Assembly: GCA_963666055.2 (NCBI GenBank)
Contig: CAXWPH010000015.1
Span: 1,952,001 to 2,016,000 of the forward strand
Direction of reading: 5' to 3'
DNA: 64,000 bases
Source: Acidobacteriota bacterium
GTDB taxonomy: Bacteria; Acidobacteriota; UBA890; WLXD01
This document shows, one piece after another, positions 1 through 9,449 of this stretch; within the stretch, counting starts at the first letter, position 1; the number at the start of each line of letters is the position of its first letter. The position numbers and the translations under genes were made by a program. The notes beneath the pieces are model-generated. The model was not told the DNA's origin and made no database searches. It was given only the letters and a program-made list of their open reading frames with translations.

Positions 1-1205
1 GCCAGGAACCACTTACTCCACGCACCGCCGAACGGCGGCAGACCGATGACGCTGAGCGAGCCGATGAAGAAGGCCGTCATAGTAATCGGCATGGTGCGGC
101 CGATGCCGTCCATGTCGCTGATCTCGGTCTTGTGGGCCGCCACGTAAATTGCGCCGGCGCAGAAAAAGAGGGTGATCTTGCCGAAGGCGTGCATGGCGAT
201 GTGCATGCTGCCACCCAGCACACCGGCACTGGTCGCCAGCGCGGCGCCGAGAACGATGTACGAGAGCTGGCTCACCGTCGAGTAGGCCAGGCGCGCCTTC
301 AGGTTGTCTTTCGTGAGGGCAACGAGCGAGGCCGCCAAGATCGTGAACGCGGCGACGTACATGAGCCAGGTGCTCAAACCCGTGTCCGTGAGCAATTCGA
401 GCCCGAAGACGTAGACGATGATCTTCATCACCGTGAACACGCCGACCTTGACCACGGCGACGGCGTGCAGAAGCGCACTCACCGGGGTGGGCGCCACCAT
501 CGCCGCCGGCAGCCAGCGATGGAACGGCATCAGCGCCGCCTTGCCCGTGCCGAAGGCGAAGAGCGCCAGCAACACAGCGAGGGTTCCCTTGTCGGCGGTC
601 CCGGCCAGGATGCCGCCCGGACGGAAATCAAGCGTCCCCGCCAGGTGCCACGTCCAGATAATCGCGAACAACAGAAACACTACCGACGTGCTCAGCAGGA
701 TGCCCAAATAGAGCCTGCCCCCCCGCATCGCGGCCTCGGTTCGATGATGGGTAACCAGAGGGTACGTGGATAGCGTCAGCACCTCGTAGAAGATAAACAG
801 GGTGAGCAGGTTGGCGGCGAACGCGACGCCGATGGCAGCCGAGATCGCCACCGCGAAACAGGCGTAGAAGCGCGTCTGATCGACCTCGTGGCGCCCCCGC
901 ATGTAGCCGATCGAATACACCGTGGTGGCGATCCACAGCCCTGAGGCCACGAGCGCGAACAGCATCCCGAGCGGCTCGACCTTGAACGCCATCCACAGGC
1001 CGGCCATGACTTCCACAACATTGGCCTCGGGGCGACCCCCGGCCTGCACTTCGGGCAGCAGCGTGACAACCACGGCAAGGAGGGCGCCGGCGGTGGCCAG
1101 GCTGGCCGCCTCGCGCAGATTCGGCCAACGGCGCAGCGCCACGACGAGCACGGCGCCGATCAACGGCAGACCGACCGCGACGTAAATGGCCGTCTGCGAG
1201 CTCAC
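1..1205 (-). CDS. mrpD: Mrp/Mnh antiporter subunit D-family paralog (3' end runs off the window)
   Basis: Not in the ORF track. Manual translation from the GTG at 1205 (GTGA overlap with the upstream stop) gives MSSQTAIYVAVGLPLIG...NLLTLFIFYEVLTLSTYPLV...GKAALMPFHRWLPAAMVAPTPVSALLHAVAVVK...LKARLAYSTVSQLSY, a proton-antiporter membrane domain. Confidence 0.9.
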   Translation of the reverse strand, partial: MSSQTAIYVAVGLPLIGAVLVVALRRWPNLREAASLATAGALLAVVVTLLPEVQAGGRPEANVVEVMAGLWMAFKVEPLGMLFALVASGLWIATTVYSIGYMRGRHEVDQTRFYACFAVAISAAIGVAFAANLLTLFIFYEVLTLSTYPLVTHHRTEAAMRGGRLYLGILLSTSVVFLLFAIIWTWHLAGTLDFRPGGILAGTADKGTLAVLLALFAFGTGKAALMPFHRWLPAAMVAPTPVSALLHAVAVVKVGVFTVMKIIVYVFGLELLTDTGLSTWLMYVAAFTILAASLVALTKDNLKARLAYSTVSQLSYIVLGAALATSAGVLGGSMHIAMHAFGKITLFFCAGAIYVAAHKTEISDMDGIGRTMPITMTAFFIGSLSVIGLPPFGGAWSKWFL

Positions 1206-2689
1206 GGTGAAATCGCCAACAAAGATTCTGCCGCCATCCGAGCAATTCCGGCGGTCAGGTCGGTCGTGATGCCGAAGTAGAAGATAGCGATCACCAGAGC
1301 CCACATGGGAAGCAGTAGAGAAAGTGGTGCCTCGGTGATCGCGCCCTCACCCTCGACCGCCGGTGGCTCGGCGAAGTAAGCGACCTCGACAACCCTCCAC
1401 ACGTATACAGCGGCCAGCAGCGAGCTCAGCAGCACCACCACTGCTACCGGCCACAGGCCCTGCTCGAGCGCGGCGAGCACCAGGTACCACTTGGAGATGA
1501 AGCCCACGGTCAGCGGCACGCCGATGAGGCTGAGGCCACCGGCGACGAAAGCGGCCATCGTCCACGGCATACGGCGGCCCAGGCCGCGCATCTCGTCGAT
1601 GTGGACCGAGCCGCAGCGCATTACGATGCAGCCCATCGCCAGGAACATGGCGCATTTCATCAAGCCGTGGTTGAAGAGGTGAACGATGCCCCCGGTCAAC
1701 CCGTTGACCGAGGCGAAGCTGATGCCGAGAACCATGTAGCCGATTTGGGCGACGCTCGAATACGCCAGCATGCGCTTGATGTTGTTCTGGAAGATCGCCA
1801 CCAGCGACGCGGTGACGATGCCAATCAGGGCGAGGGGCATCAGGAACACCCAAAGCCGCAGCGACTCGAAGGCGAACTCGTACCCGAAGACCGTGAAGAA
1901 GAAGCGCAGCAGGATGTAGACGGAGACCTTCGTCGCCGTTGCGGCGATAAAGGCGGTAACAACCGACGGGGCGTAGGCGTACGCGTTGGGAAGCCACAGG
2001 TGCAGCGGAAAGAGAGCCATCTTCACGCTGATGCCGACGACGAAGAACCCAAAGGCGACCAGCACCGTGCGGGTGTCGCGCACGGATTCGAGCTGCACGG
2101 CCATGTCCGCCATATTCAGCGTCCCCGTCATGATGTAGAGCAGGCCGATGCCGATCAGGATGAAGGTGGCGCCGAGCGTGCCCATGATGAGGTACTGGTA
2201 CGCCGAAGTGAGTGCTCTCCGATCCTGCCCCATGCTGATCAGCACATAGGACGACAGCGCCGAGATCTCCAGGAAAACGAAGACGTTGAAGAGGTCGCCG
2301 GTGGCGGCGATGCCGAGCAGGCCGGTCAGACACAGAAGATAAGCGGTGTAGAAGAGGTAGTGGCGCTGGTAGCGGGGCAGCTCCACCGAGATGCTCGCCG
2401 GCGACCAGGTGGCGACAATCGCCCCGATCCCGGCCACCAGAATGAGCACGAAGGCGTTGAGCAGATCGATCCGGTACTCGATGCCCCACGGCGGCGGCCA
2501 ACCGCCAAGCTCGTAGGAAATGATGCCCTGATCGAGGACGCGGAGCATCAGTAGCACAGAGAGCGCAAAGGTCAGCCACGTAACCGCGATGGCGAAGCCG
2601 GTCACCAGCGCGCGTCGCCGCAGCAGCAGGCACAGAGGCGCCGCCAGCAGCGGCGCCAGCACGACCAGGACGGGGAGATGGTCCTCCAT
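1202..2689 (-). CDS. mrpD: Mrp/Mnh Na+/H+ antiporter subunit D
   Basis: GDLFNVFVFLEI, KMALFPLHLWLPNAY, IKRMLAYSSVAQIGY motifs; about 14 TM; operon context. Confidence 0.95.
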   Translation of the reverse strand: MEDHLPVLVVLAPLLAAPLCLLLRRRALVTGFAIAVTWLTFALSVLLMLRVLDQGIISYELGGWPPPWGIEYRIDLLNAFVLILVAGIGAIVATWSPASISVELPRYQRHYLFYTAYLLCLTGLLGIAATGDLFNVFVFLEISALSSYVLISMGQDRRALTSAYQYLIMGTLGATFILIGIGLLYIMTGTLNMADMAVQLESVRDTRTVLVAFGFFVVGISVKMALFPLHLWLPNAYAYAPSVVTAFIAATATKVSVYILLRFFFTVFGYEFAFESLRLWVFLMPLALIGIVTASLVAIFQNNIKRMLAYSSVAQIGYMVLGISFASVNGLTGGIVHLFNHGLMKCAMFLAMGCIVMRCGSVHIDEMRGLGRRMPWTMAAFVAGGLSLIGVPLTVGFISKWYLVLAALEQGLWPVAVVVLLSSLLAAVYVWRVVEVAYFAEPPAVEGEGAITEAPLSLLLPMWALVIAIFYFGITTDLTAGIARMAAESLLAISP

Positions 2690-3045
2690 CAGGCCTCTAC
2701 ATCCTGAACGTGAATCTCGCCTTCCTCGATCGTCCCGTACTCTTCGTTGATGCGGACGACGAGCCCCAGGGCCACGGCGGTGGTGGCCACGCCGACGACA
2801 ATGGCGGTGAGGATGAGAACCCCGGGGAGCGGGTTGGAGTAGATCTCGAAGCCCTCGGCGAGAATCGGTGCCGTGCCGCCGTCCACCTTGCCAACGGTGA
2901 TGAAGAGCAGGAACACCGAGGTCTGGAAGATACTGAGACCGATGACCTTCTTGATGAGATTGTCCCGCGCCACGACGATGTAGAAGCCCGTCATCATCAA
3001 CACGATGACCACCCAGTAGTTGTACAGCCCCAACACGTCCGCCAT
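2689..3045 (-). CDS. mrpC: Mrp/Mnh antiporter subunit C
   Basis: NLIKKVIGL...NPLPGVLILTAIVVGVA...YGTIEE. Confidence 0.95.
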   Translation of the reverse strand: MADVLGLYNYWVVIVLMMTGFYIVVARDNLIKKVIGLSIFQTSVFLLFITVGKVDGGTAPILAEGFEIYSNPLPGVLILTAIVVGVATTAVALGLVVRINEEYGTIEEGEIHVQDVEA

Positions 3046-3464
3046 CAGCTTCGCACCGTCTCGCCGAAGGCGTAGAAGATCGAGATCATCACCCCGGCGA
3101 CCGTCGTCCCCACGCCGAGCTCGACGAGCAATATGCCGAGGTGCTGACCGTGCACGGGATCGTGCTGCAGCACGCTGTAGTTGAGAAAGGTGCCGCCCTT
3201 GAGCATGGTGACAACGCCGACGCCGATATACAGCAACAGCCCCAGCGGAATCAGCAACTGGACGATCCGCGGGCTCAACGCTCGCTGGGAGGCACGAAGA
3301 TCGAAGACGATTGCGTGGAGGATGACACCAGCGGCAAAGATAACTCCGGCTTGGAAGCCGCCGCCCGGGCCATAGTCACCGTGCCATTGAACGTAGAGGG
3401 CGTACAGGAGTATGTAGGGAATGAGCAGCTTGGCGGCGACGCGTGGAATGCTCTGGCGCTTCAT
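3045..3464 (-). CDS. mrpB: Mrp/Mnh antiporter subunit B
   Basis: HGDYGPGGGFQAG motif; ATG at 3464 overlaps the upstream stop (ATGA). Confidence 0.92.
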   Translation of the reverse strand: MKRQSIPRVAAKLLIPYILLYALYVQWHGDYGPGGGFQAGVIFAAGVILHAIVFDLRASQRALSPRIVQLLIPLGLLLYIGVGVVTMLKGGTFLNYSVLQHDPVHGQHLGILLVELGVGTTVAGVMISIFYAFGETVRS

Positions 3465-4022
3465 TCGTCGTCCTCGTCGGCCACCCACCGGCGCCGTCGC
3501 GCGCCCCCCAACAGGATCAGCACGCCGATTCCGGCCGTGAAGATCACCGCGGTCTCACCCAGGGTGTCGTAGCCGCGATAGCTCGCCAGCACCGCGGTCA
3601 CCAGGTTAGGCACCGCCACTTCGTGCGGTGACTCGTCGATGTAGCGAGGCGCCACGTGGCGGTGTACCTGGGCGTCGGGATCGCCGAGTCGCGGCATGTC
3701 GATGGTGCCGTACACCAGCGCGGCGCCGGTGATGAGAATGACGATCAGCGGTAGCAACGGAGTGTGCTCGGGCTCCTTCTCCTCCGAGGTCGTCAGCGAC
3801 AACGTGACGAGGATGAGGACCGTCGAGATTCCCGCACCCACCGAGGCCTCGGTGAACGCGACATCGGGTTGGTCGAGCACGCTCATCCAGCAGGCACCCA
3901 ACAGGCTGTAAATTCCGGCGACGATTGCCGCCGAAAAGAGCCCGCGGAGCCGGGCGATGCGCACCGCCGTCGCCACCAACAACGCCAGCAGGACTAGGTC
4001 GATGATGACGTCGATGTCTCAC
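3461..4022 (-). CDS. Mrp antiporter DUF4040/MrpB-related subunit (MrpA C-terminal-like); start apparently frameshifted
   Basis: PDVAFTEASVGAG and PNLVTAVLASYRGYDTLGE motifs. The hydrophobic DIDVIIDLVLLAL continues in frame up to about 4018, but the RBS-preceded GTG at 4022 is out of frame, suggesting an indel. Confidence 0.85.
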
Positions 4023-4329
4023 CGTCCTTTCCGTCCAGCATCGGCTCCAAGCCGCGGGTGTAGGCCGCGTGGGCGATGGCGTGGGTTGCCGTCGGGCTGG
4101 TTATGTATATGAAAAAGAGGATGAAAACGAGCTTCGCGGTTACCAGCGAAACCCCCGCCTGCAGCATGAGCCCGATGAGAATGAGCGCCGCGCCCAACGT
4201 GTCGATGACACCGGCGCCGTGCAACCGAGTGTAGAAATCTGGCAGCCGGCAAAGCCCGAGCGCCCCCGCAACACAGAAGAAAGAGCCGCCCAGAAGCAGC
4301 GCCCAGCTGAGAACGTTGATCACGTTCAT
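3994..4329 (-). CDS. mrpG: Mrp/Mnh antiporter subunit G
   Basis: GLCRLPDFYTRLH, TSPTATHAIAHAA. Confidence 0.95.
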   Translation of the reverse strand: MNVINVLSWALLLGGSFFCVAGALGLCRLPDFYTRLHGAGVIDTLGAALILIGLMLQAGVSLVTAKLVFILFFIYITSPTATHAIAHAAYTRGLEPMLDGKDGETSTSSST

Positions 4330-4336
4330 CCGCGCG

Positions 4337-4633
4337 TTATGCTCCTTCGGCGTCCGTCGACTCTTGGTCGGGCACCTCGGCCAGGTCGCCGTATTTGAAG
4401 TACTTGAGCACGGCGAGTGTGCCGATGAAGTTGATCAGCGCGTAGACAAGCGCCAGATCGAGGAAATCCGGGCGACCGTTCAAGAACCCCAGCACGGCGA
4501 TAAACAAGACCGTGGCGGTACCGAAGCTGTTCACGGCCATCACACGGTCGTAGACGGTCGGACCGAGCGCGGCACGGAGCAGCGCCAGAGTCATGGTGAC
4601 CAGGATAGCAACCATCGCCGTCGCGAACATCAA
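4337..4633 (-). CDS. mrpF: Mrp/Mnh antiporter subunit F
   Basis: GPTVYDRVMA, DLALVYALINFIGT. Confidence 0.95.
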   Translation of the reverse strand: MMFATAMVAILVTMTLALLRAALGPTVYDRVMAVNSFGTATVLFIAVLGFLNGRPDFLDLALVYALINFIGTLAVLKYFKYGDLAEVPDQESTDAEGA

Positions 4634-5130
4634 TCGGCTCCCTCCAGCCGCGTGACGCGCTGATCCATCTCTCCGGTCTCCACTCCTGCCGCCGCTTCAC
4701 GGCTCAACGCGTGCACGGTGATGGTGGCGGCATCGAGCAGGACCGAGACCGTTCCGGGGGTGAGCGTGATCGAGTTGGCGTACACCACCTGGGCGAACTC
4801 GCTGCGTTGGCCGGCCGCGACCTCGATGACGTTGGGGCTGATCGGTAGCCGCGGGTGGAGGATTCTCCGCACCACGTCGAGGTTGGCCTTGACGATCTCC
4901 CAGGCCAGCCAAGGAATGTACAGCAGCACGCGAACGTTGACGAAATCGACCGGAGCGCCCTCGGCGTCGACGATATTCATGCGCACGGCGATCAGCACGA
5001 CGAGTGCCGTGGAGACGACCCCCATCGCCAGCAGCAGCGGCTCGAAGTGCTGGCCCCAAGGAAACGACATCCCCGACCACAACTGCCAGGCGGCGAAGAG
5101 GAACAGACCGAGGGTGGCGGAGCGTTTCAT
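4630..5130 (-). CDS. mrpE: Mrp/Mnh antiporter subunit E
   Basis: ANSITLTPGT motif; likely start ATG at 5130 (MKRSATLG). Confidence 0.93.
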   Translation of the reverse strand: MKRSATLGLFLFAAWQLWSGMSFPWGQHFEPLLLAMGVVSTALVVLIAVRMNIVDAEGAPVDFVNVRVLLYIPWLAWEIVKANLDVVRRILHPRLPISPNVIEVAAGQRSEFAQVVYANSITLTPGTVSVLLDAATITVHALSREAAAGVETGEMDQRVTRLEGAD

Positions 5131-5437
5131 GTCAGTTTCCCAGTGCTGATTCGAGCGCCGCGTTGGTGCCGGAGAATCTGCCACGCCGCCCGCCGTATAC
5201 TCGCATCGGCTCACGTGGGCCTCAAGGCTGGTGATCGGCCATTCGCTTCGCGACGCGGCTGACCCCCTGGCGCCGGCTTGCCGAGGTCCTGACGCGGCGT
5301 AAGAATTTCGCCCGTGAGTGGCCGCTATCGGCCCGGGCAACGTGCCGACGGCGGGCGAACGCCGGACGATGGTATTCCGCAGATTCGGTGGCGCGAGGTT
5401 CCTCGAGGCACCCTCGAACCTGACAGAGTGGTTCTTG

Positions 5438-5462
5438 TAAACTATTGATATATAAGAGGTTA
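5438..5462. promoter_or_regulatory. AT-rich TAA-N19-TTA site containing an IHF consensus match
   Basis: Minus strand of 5438-5450 reads TATCAATAGTTTA = WATCAANNNNTTR. Confidence 0.5.
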
Positions 5463-5463
5463 T

Positions 5464-5877
5464 CTATCTTTTCTGTCGAACCGAAGGGGTGCCCGCGGCG
5501 ACTCGTTCGGGGACGGGTACGGTAGCCTGCTCGGGACGCGGCGCCTTGCCGCGCGTCATCTCGCAGCGACCGCGGAAGTAGGCACCGGGTTCGATGACCA
5601 GCTTGCCGGTGTTGAGATCTGCTTCGACCCTGCCGCTGGCGTGGATGGTCACCCGTTCGGCGGCCCGCACCTGGCCGCTCAGTGCACCGTGCACCGCCAA
5701 CTCGCCGACTTCCACCTCGCCTTGAAGCACGGCGCGCGGCCCGAGGATCAGGGTCGCCGGCGAGAAGACCTTGCCGGTGAACTTGCCGTCGATGCGGACC
5801 GATCCCTTGAAATGCAGCGTCCCGTCAATCTCGGTGCCCTCTCCTAGATGACCGTCCAGGTTGCCCGGTGTACTCAT
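5464..5877 (-). CDS. Bactofilin (polymer-forming cytoskeletal protein)
   Basis: Beta-helix repeats LGEGTEIDGTLHFKGSVRIDGKFTGKV...LVIEPGAYFRGRCEM. Confidence 0.92.
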   Translation of the reverse strand: MSTPGNLDGHLGEGTEIDGTLHFKGSVRIDGKFTGKVFSPATLILGPRAVLQGEVEVGELAVHGALSGQVRAAERVTIHASGRVEADLNTGKLVIEPGAYFRGRCEMTRGKAPRPEQATVPVPERVAAGTPSVRQKR

Positions 5878-5905
5878 CGCTCTCCTGAGAAACTTCGCCG
5901 GCGGC

Positions 5906-6754
5906 TCACTCGATGGCCGTCAACAGGTCGTAGATTCGGTTGAGTTCTTCCAGTGAGGTGAAGGTGATCTCGACCCTGCCGCGGTCCTTACCGCGGATGG
6001 CAACCGGTGTGCCGAGCGCTTTCGCCAGGCGTCGTTCGGCGGCCGCGACGTCGGGATCGATGGCGGGCGTTTCGGACCGGGCGGCTCGGGGGCTCTTCTC
6101 TGCCCGCACTCGCGCTTCGGTCTGTCGAACACTCAAGCCGCGTTTGACAACCTCCTCGGCGACCCGACGCTGTGCAGCCGCCGACGACAGCCCGAGCAGG
6201 GCGCGAGCGTGCCCCATCGTCAGGTCGTCGTCGACGAGTTGTTGCTGAATCGTCGCCGGAAGCGACAGCAGCCTGAGGTAGTTCGCTACGGTAGATCGCT
6301 CCTTGCCCACCCGCGCCGCCGTCTGTTCCTGCGTGAGCCCCATTTCGTCCACCAGGAGGTGGTAGGCACGTGCCTGCTCGATCGCATTCAGATCTTCGCG
6401 CTGAAGGTTCTCTATCAACGCCAGCTCCAACGACTCGCGCGGTGTCGCCTCTCGAACCACCGCCGGGATGCGCTCCAGGCCGGCGCGCTGTGCGCCACGC
6501 CAGCGTCGCTCTCCGGCGATCAGCTCGAATCCGTTTTCGGCTTCGCGGACGACAATTGGCTGAAGCACACCGTGAGCCATCAAAGATGCCGCCATCGAGT
6601 CGATCGACTCGTCGTCGAAGTTATCGCGCGGTTGCTGCGGGTTGGGGCGGATGAGATCGAGCTCCAACTCGAGCAGCCGCGAACGCGACACCTCCGTCGG
6701 CGTTGCCGCCGGGATCAGAGCGTCAAGCCCGCGCCCGAGTACCTTCCGTGCCAT
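5906..6754 (-). CDS. parB: ParB/Spo0J chromosome partitioning protein
   Basis: LGRGLDAL N-terminus, PNPQQPR, GERRWR box, ENLQREDL, HTH. Confidence 0.97.
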   Translation of the reverse strand: MARKVLGRGLDALIPAATPTEVSRSRLLELELDLIRPNPQQPRDNFDDESIDSMAASLMAHGVLQPIVVREAENGFELIAGERRWRGAQRAGLERIPAVVREATPRESLELALIENLQREDLNAIEQARAYHLLVDEMGLTQEQTAARVGKERSTVANYLRLLSLPATIQQQLVDDDLTMGHARALLGLSSAAAQRRVAEEVVKRGLSVRQTEARVRAEKSPRAARSETPAIDPDVAAAERRLAKALGTPVAIRGKDRGRVEITFTSLEELNRIYDLLTAIE

Positions 6755-7508
6755 TCCGTACCACCTCGCGCATCAGTTTCAGGTATGCCTGCGCCCCCGC
6801 AGAGCGCAGATCGTACAGGATGATGGGCATGCCGAAGCTCGGCGCCTCCCCGAGACGCACGTTGCGCGGCACCTCGGCAACGAAGACATCCTTCGCGAAG
6901 TGTCGGCGCACATCGTTGATTACCTGTCTGGTGAGATTCATTCGCGGATCGACCATCGTCAGAAGGATACCCTCGAGCCGCAACTTCGGGTTCATCCCAG
7001 AGCGCACCCGCTCGAGCGTGTCCATCATACGGCTGAGTCCCTCCAGGGCAAGATACTCGCACTGGATCGGGATGATCACGCTGTCGCAGGCAACCAACGC
7101 GTTCAGCGTGAGAAGCCCCAGCGCTGGCGGGCAGTCGATGACGATAAAGTCGTAGTCGGACCGCACCGGCGCGATCGCCGCACGCAGGCGCGTGGCACGA
7201 TCGGCCACTTCTACAAGCTCCAACTCGGCACCGACGAGGGTCGGTGCGGCCGGCGACACGGTTAGTTGATCGAGGGCTGCAGTTATTGCTGTAGCGGCTA
7301 GCGTGGCGGTGCCGGTGAGCACCTCATAGGTTGTCGGTTGTCCCGCTGGCGCGGCGACCCCTACGGAGCTGGTGGCGTTGGCTTGCGGGTCGATATCGAT
7401 GAGCAATGTCGGCAAGTCGGCGGCCGCCAGGCAGGCGGCGAGATTCACCGCCGTCGTGGTCTTTCCGACCCCGCCCTTCTGGTTGGTGACGGCGATAACC
7501 CGTGCCAT
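6723..7508 (-). CDS. parA: ParA/Soj ATPase
   Basis: NQKGGVGKTTT deviant Walker A, DPQANAT, IDCPP; start MARVIAV at 7508. Confidence 0.97.
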   Translation of the reverse strand: MARVIAVTNQKGGVGKTTTAVNLAACLAAADLPTLLIDIDPQANATSSVGVAAPAGQPTTYEVLTGTATLAATAITAALDQLTVSPAAPTLVGAELELVEVADRATRLRAAIAPVRSDYDFIVIDCPPALGLLTLNALVACDSVIIPIQCEYLALEGLSRMMDTLERVRSGMNPKLRLEGILLTMVDPRMNLTRQVINDVRRHFAKDVFVAEVPRNVRLGEAPSFGMPIILYDLRSAGAQAYLKLMREVVRNGTEGTRARA

Positions 7509-7636
7509 GGCGCTTCCCGTGGCGGCCGCAGCGGCGCACATAAAGCCGCTGGCCCGGCGTCTCGATTGCCCAGGCGCCGAAATCGCGCCCCCGCGAGCCC
7601 CGGAGCGTAACACGATGACGACCCGCTGCGGCCCTC

Positions 7637-7654
7637 GAGTTCCACGTGGAACTC
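7637..7654. promoter_or_regulatory. parS site 1
   Basis: Perfect 18-bp palindrome GAGTTCCACGTGGAACTC matching the parS core GTTCCACGTGGAAC. Confidence 0.93.
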
Positions 7655-7666
7655 TTGCGTTTGGTG

Positions 7667-7682
7667 TGTTCCACGTGGAACC
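7667..7682. promoter_or_regulatory. parS site 2
   Basis: TGTTCCACGTGGAACC, 15/16 to TGTTCCACGTGGAACA. Confidence 0.93.
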
Positions 7683-7714
7683 ACATGCGTCGCTCGGGCT
7701 GCTGGCTGTGGCGG

Positions 7715-8419
7715 CTAGGCCCCGAGCTCCAGCGATACAAGATATGCCGCGTCGAGGTGAGGGAGCGGCTCGGCCTGCTTTACGACCCAGCCGGCTCGGG
7801 CCGCCAGGCGCCATTGGCGATCGCTCGGTTTCGCGACAGCGCCACCGGTCGAGAGATTGCGGCGCAGGGCGCGCAAAGTCTCCTCTCCCACGAACAGCAG
7901 CGCCCGGCCTCCGGGTACCATGATGGGCGCCACGATCCCCAGCAGGGGGCCCCATCCGGTCCAGGCACGCGCCGTGAGCACATGCACGGGTTGCGGGATG
8001 TTGCCCGACTCGATTGCCGCCTCGAGCCGTTCATCGATCACCGACACGCCCTCCAACCCGAGCGCGTCGACGACCTCTCTGAGGAACGTCGCTTTCTTAC
8101 CGTTCGATTCGACCAGCACACAATCGCGATCCGGGTCGAGGATCTTCAGCGGCAGCCCGGGGACTCCGGCCCCAGAACCGACGTCCAGCACCACGGGCCC
8201 CGCCCCGGCCAGGTGCCGTACTGCGAGTGCTGGTTCGACGAAATGTCGCAAGACCGCGGTGCGGCGATCGCGGATGGCGGTGAGGTTGATGTGCTGGTTC
8301 CAGCGCTCCAGCAGCTGCAAATACAGGGTGAACTGCGCTAGTTGCTCAGGAAGGAGATATGGGCGGTAGTGTTCGAAACCCTCCCGGACCGCGCGTGCAG
8401 CGTCCTCGTCGCCGTCCAC
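7715..8419 (-). CDS. rsmG: 16S rRNA m7G527 methyltransferase
   Basis: WNQHINLTAI, RHF, LDVGSGAGVPGLPL, ESNGKKATFL; canonical position upstream of parA. Confidence 0.95.
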   Translation of the reverse strand: MDGDEDAARAVREGFEHYRPYLLPEQLAQFTLYLQLLERWNQHINLTAIRDRRTAVLRHFVEPALAVRHLAGAGPVVLDVGSGAGVPGLPLKILDPDRDCVLVESNGKKATFLREVVDALGLEGVSVIDERLEAAIESGNIPQPVHVLTARAWTGWGPLLGIVAPIMVPGGRALLFVGEETLRALRRNLSTGGAVAKPSDRQWRLAARAGWVVKQAEPLPHLDAAYLVSLELGA

Positions 8420-8420
8420 G

Positions 8421-9449
8421 TCAGCGGCGGCGGCCCTTGGTGATCGGAATCACGTTGACGGCTTTCTGGAAACCGGTCCCAATACTGCGTGTTTCGACCT
8501 GGGGGTCCTCGGCCAACGTGAGGTGGACGATGCGGCGCTCATACGGGTTTAACGGGCCCGTTTGCTGCGGGGACTCCGTCTCCTTCGCCTGGTGGGCCAC
8601 CTGGTAGGCTATGTCGCGAATCTCGTCGTCACGCTGTGAGCGGAAGTCGCCGGCATCGACCCGCACACGTCGATGCGCTCGGTCGGGACGGTGTCGGAAC
8701 GCGTGGTTAAGGATCAACTCCAACGCCGATAGTCCGCGGCCGCGGCCGTCGAGTAGGTATTGATTGTCGTCGCCGGTAATGGCTATCTGCAGTGTCTCGC
8801 CGTCGAGTCTGGCCTCCGCCTCGCAATCGAACCCGAGTGTCTCAAAGATCGTGTCGAGCAGATCGGTGGCCTCGTCCGAGACATCCGTTACGCCATTCCG
8901 CGGTGCGCCCGCCTCGTCCGACTCGACGGCTGCTGCCTCCGGTTGATCCCCGGACGTAGCTCCTGGTGGCGCCTCGAGGGCCGCCGCCGCCGCGACTTCC
9001 TCGACTTCCTCGACTTCGGCAGGCGCCTCTGCTGGAGCGCTGTCCGCAACGCGGAAGAACGCCGGCAGATTACCCTCGGCAGCCGCGTCCGCGGTCGGCT
9101 CGAGATCTCCCGCTCCCGGCTCCGGCCCCTGGTCACCGGCCGTATCTGCTGGCTCCGGCGGGGCTGCGGTTGGTGCCTGATCAGCTACCACCGCGGTCTC
9201 CTGGGACTCCGTCAGCTCGGGCTCGCCACCCACCTCCGGACCCGTGCTGTCCTCTGAGCCTGCCGTTGGCGGCTCGGCGTCACGCCGCCACGCGCGCACC
9301 GAATACACCGTGTCGCCGAGGCCCCAAAAGTCGCCCGCCCTCTCGCCGATCAGTTCGTGTTCAAGCTCATCAACGGTCACTCCGAGCGCCGCAGCTGCCT
9401 GTTCCAGGGCCGCTTCCACCGACTTGTCTTCGAAGACCTGTGCACTCAT
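8421..9449 (-). CDS. jag: Jag/EloR/KhpB RNA-binding protein (Jag_N, long acidic linker, KH, R3H)
   Basis: KSVEAALEQA N-domain; GRGRGLSALE KH; LNPYERRIVH R3H; downstream of yidC. Confidence 0.9.
   Translation of the reverse strand: MSAQVFEDKSVEAALEQAAAALGVTVDELEHELIGERAGDFWGLGDTVYSVRAWRRDAEPPTAGSEDSTGPEVGGEPELTESQETAVVADQAPTAAPPEPADTAGDQGPEPGAGDLEPTADAAAEGNLPAFFRVADSAPAEAPAEVEEVEEVAAAAALEAPPGATSGDQPEAAAVESDEAGAPRNGVTDVSDEATDLLDTIFETLGFDCEAEARLDGETLQIAITGDDNQYLLDGRGRGLSALELILNHAFRHRPDRAHRRVRVDAGDFRSQRDDEIRDIAYQVAHQAKETESPQQTGPLNPYERRIVHLTLAEDPQVETRSIGTGFQKAVNVIPITKGRRR

Noticed and set aside
1347-2633. Long alternative-frame and antisense ORFs (also 58598-59830, 48030-48989, 33457-34335)
   Set aside because: Arg/Pro/Ala-rich shadow ORFs expected from high-GC codon bias, overlapping well-supported genes.
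5131-5437. Na+/Li+ riboswitch in the mrp leader
   Set aside because: Only a CGAGG/CCTCG hairpin after bactofilin is visible; no nhaA-I or DUF1646 consensus recognised by eye. An Rfam scan would settle it.
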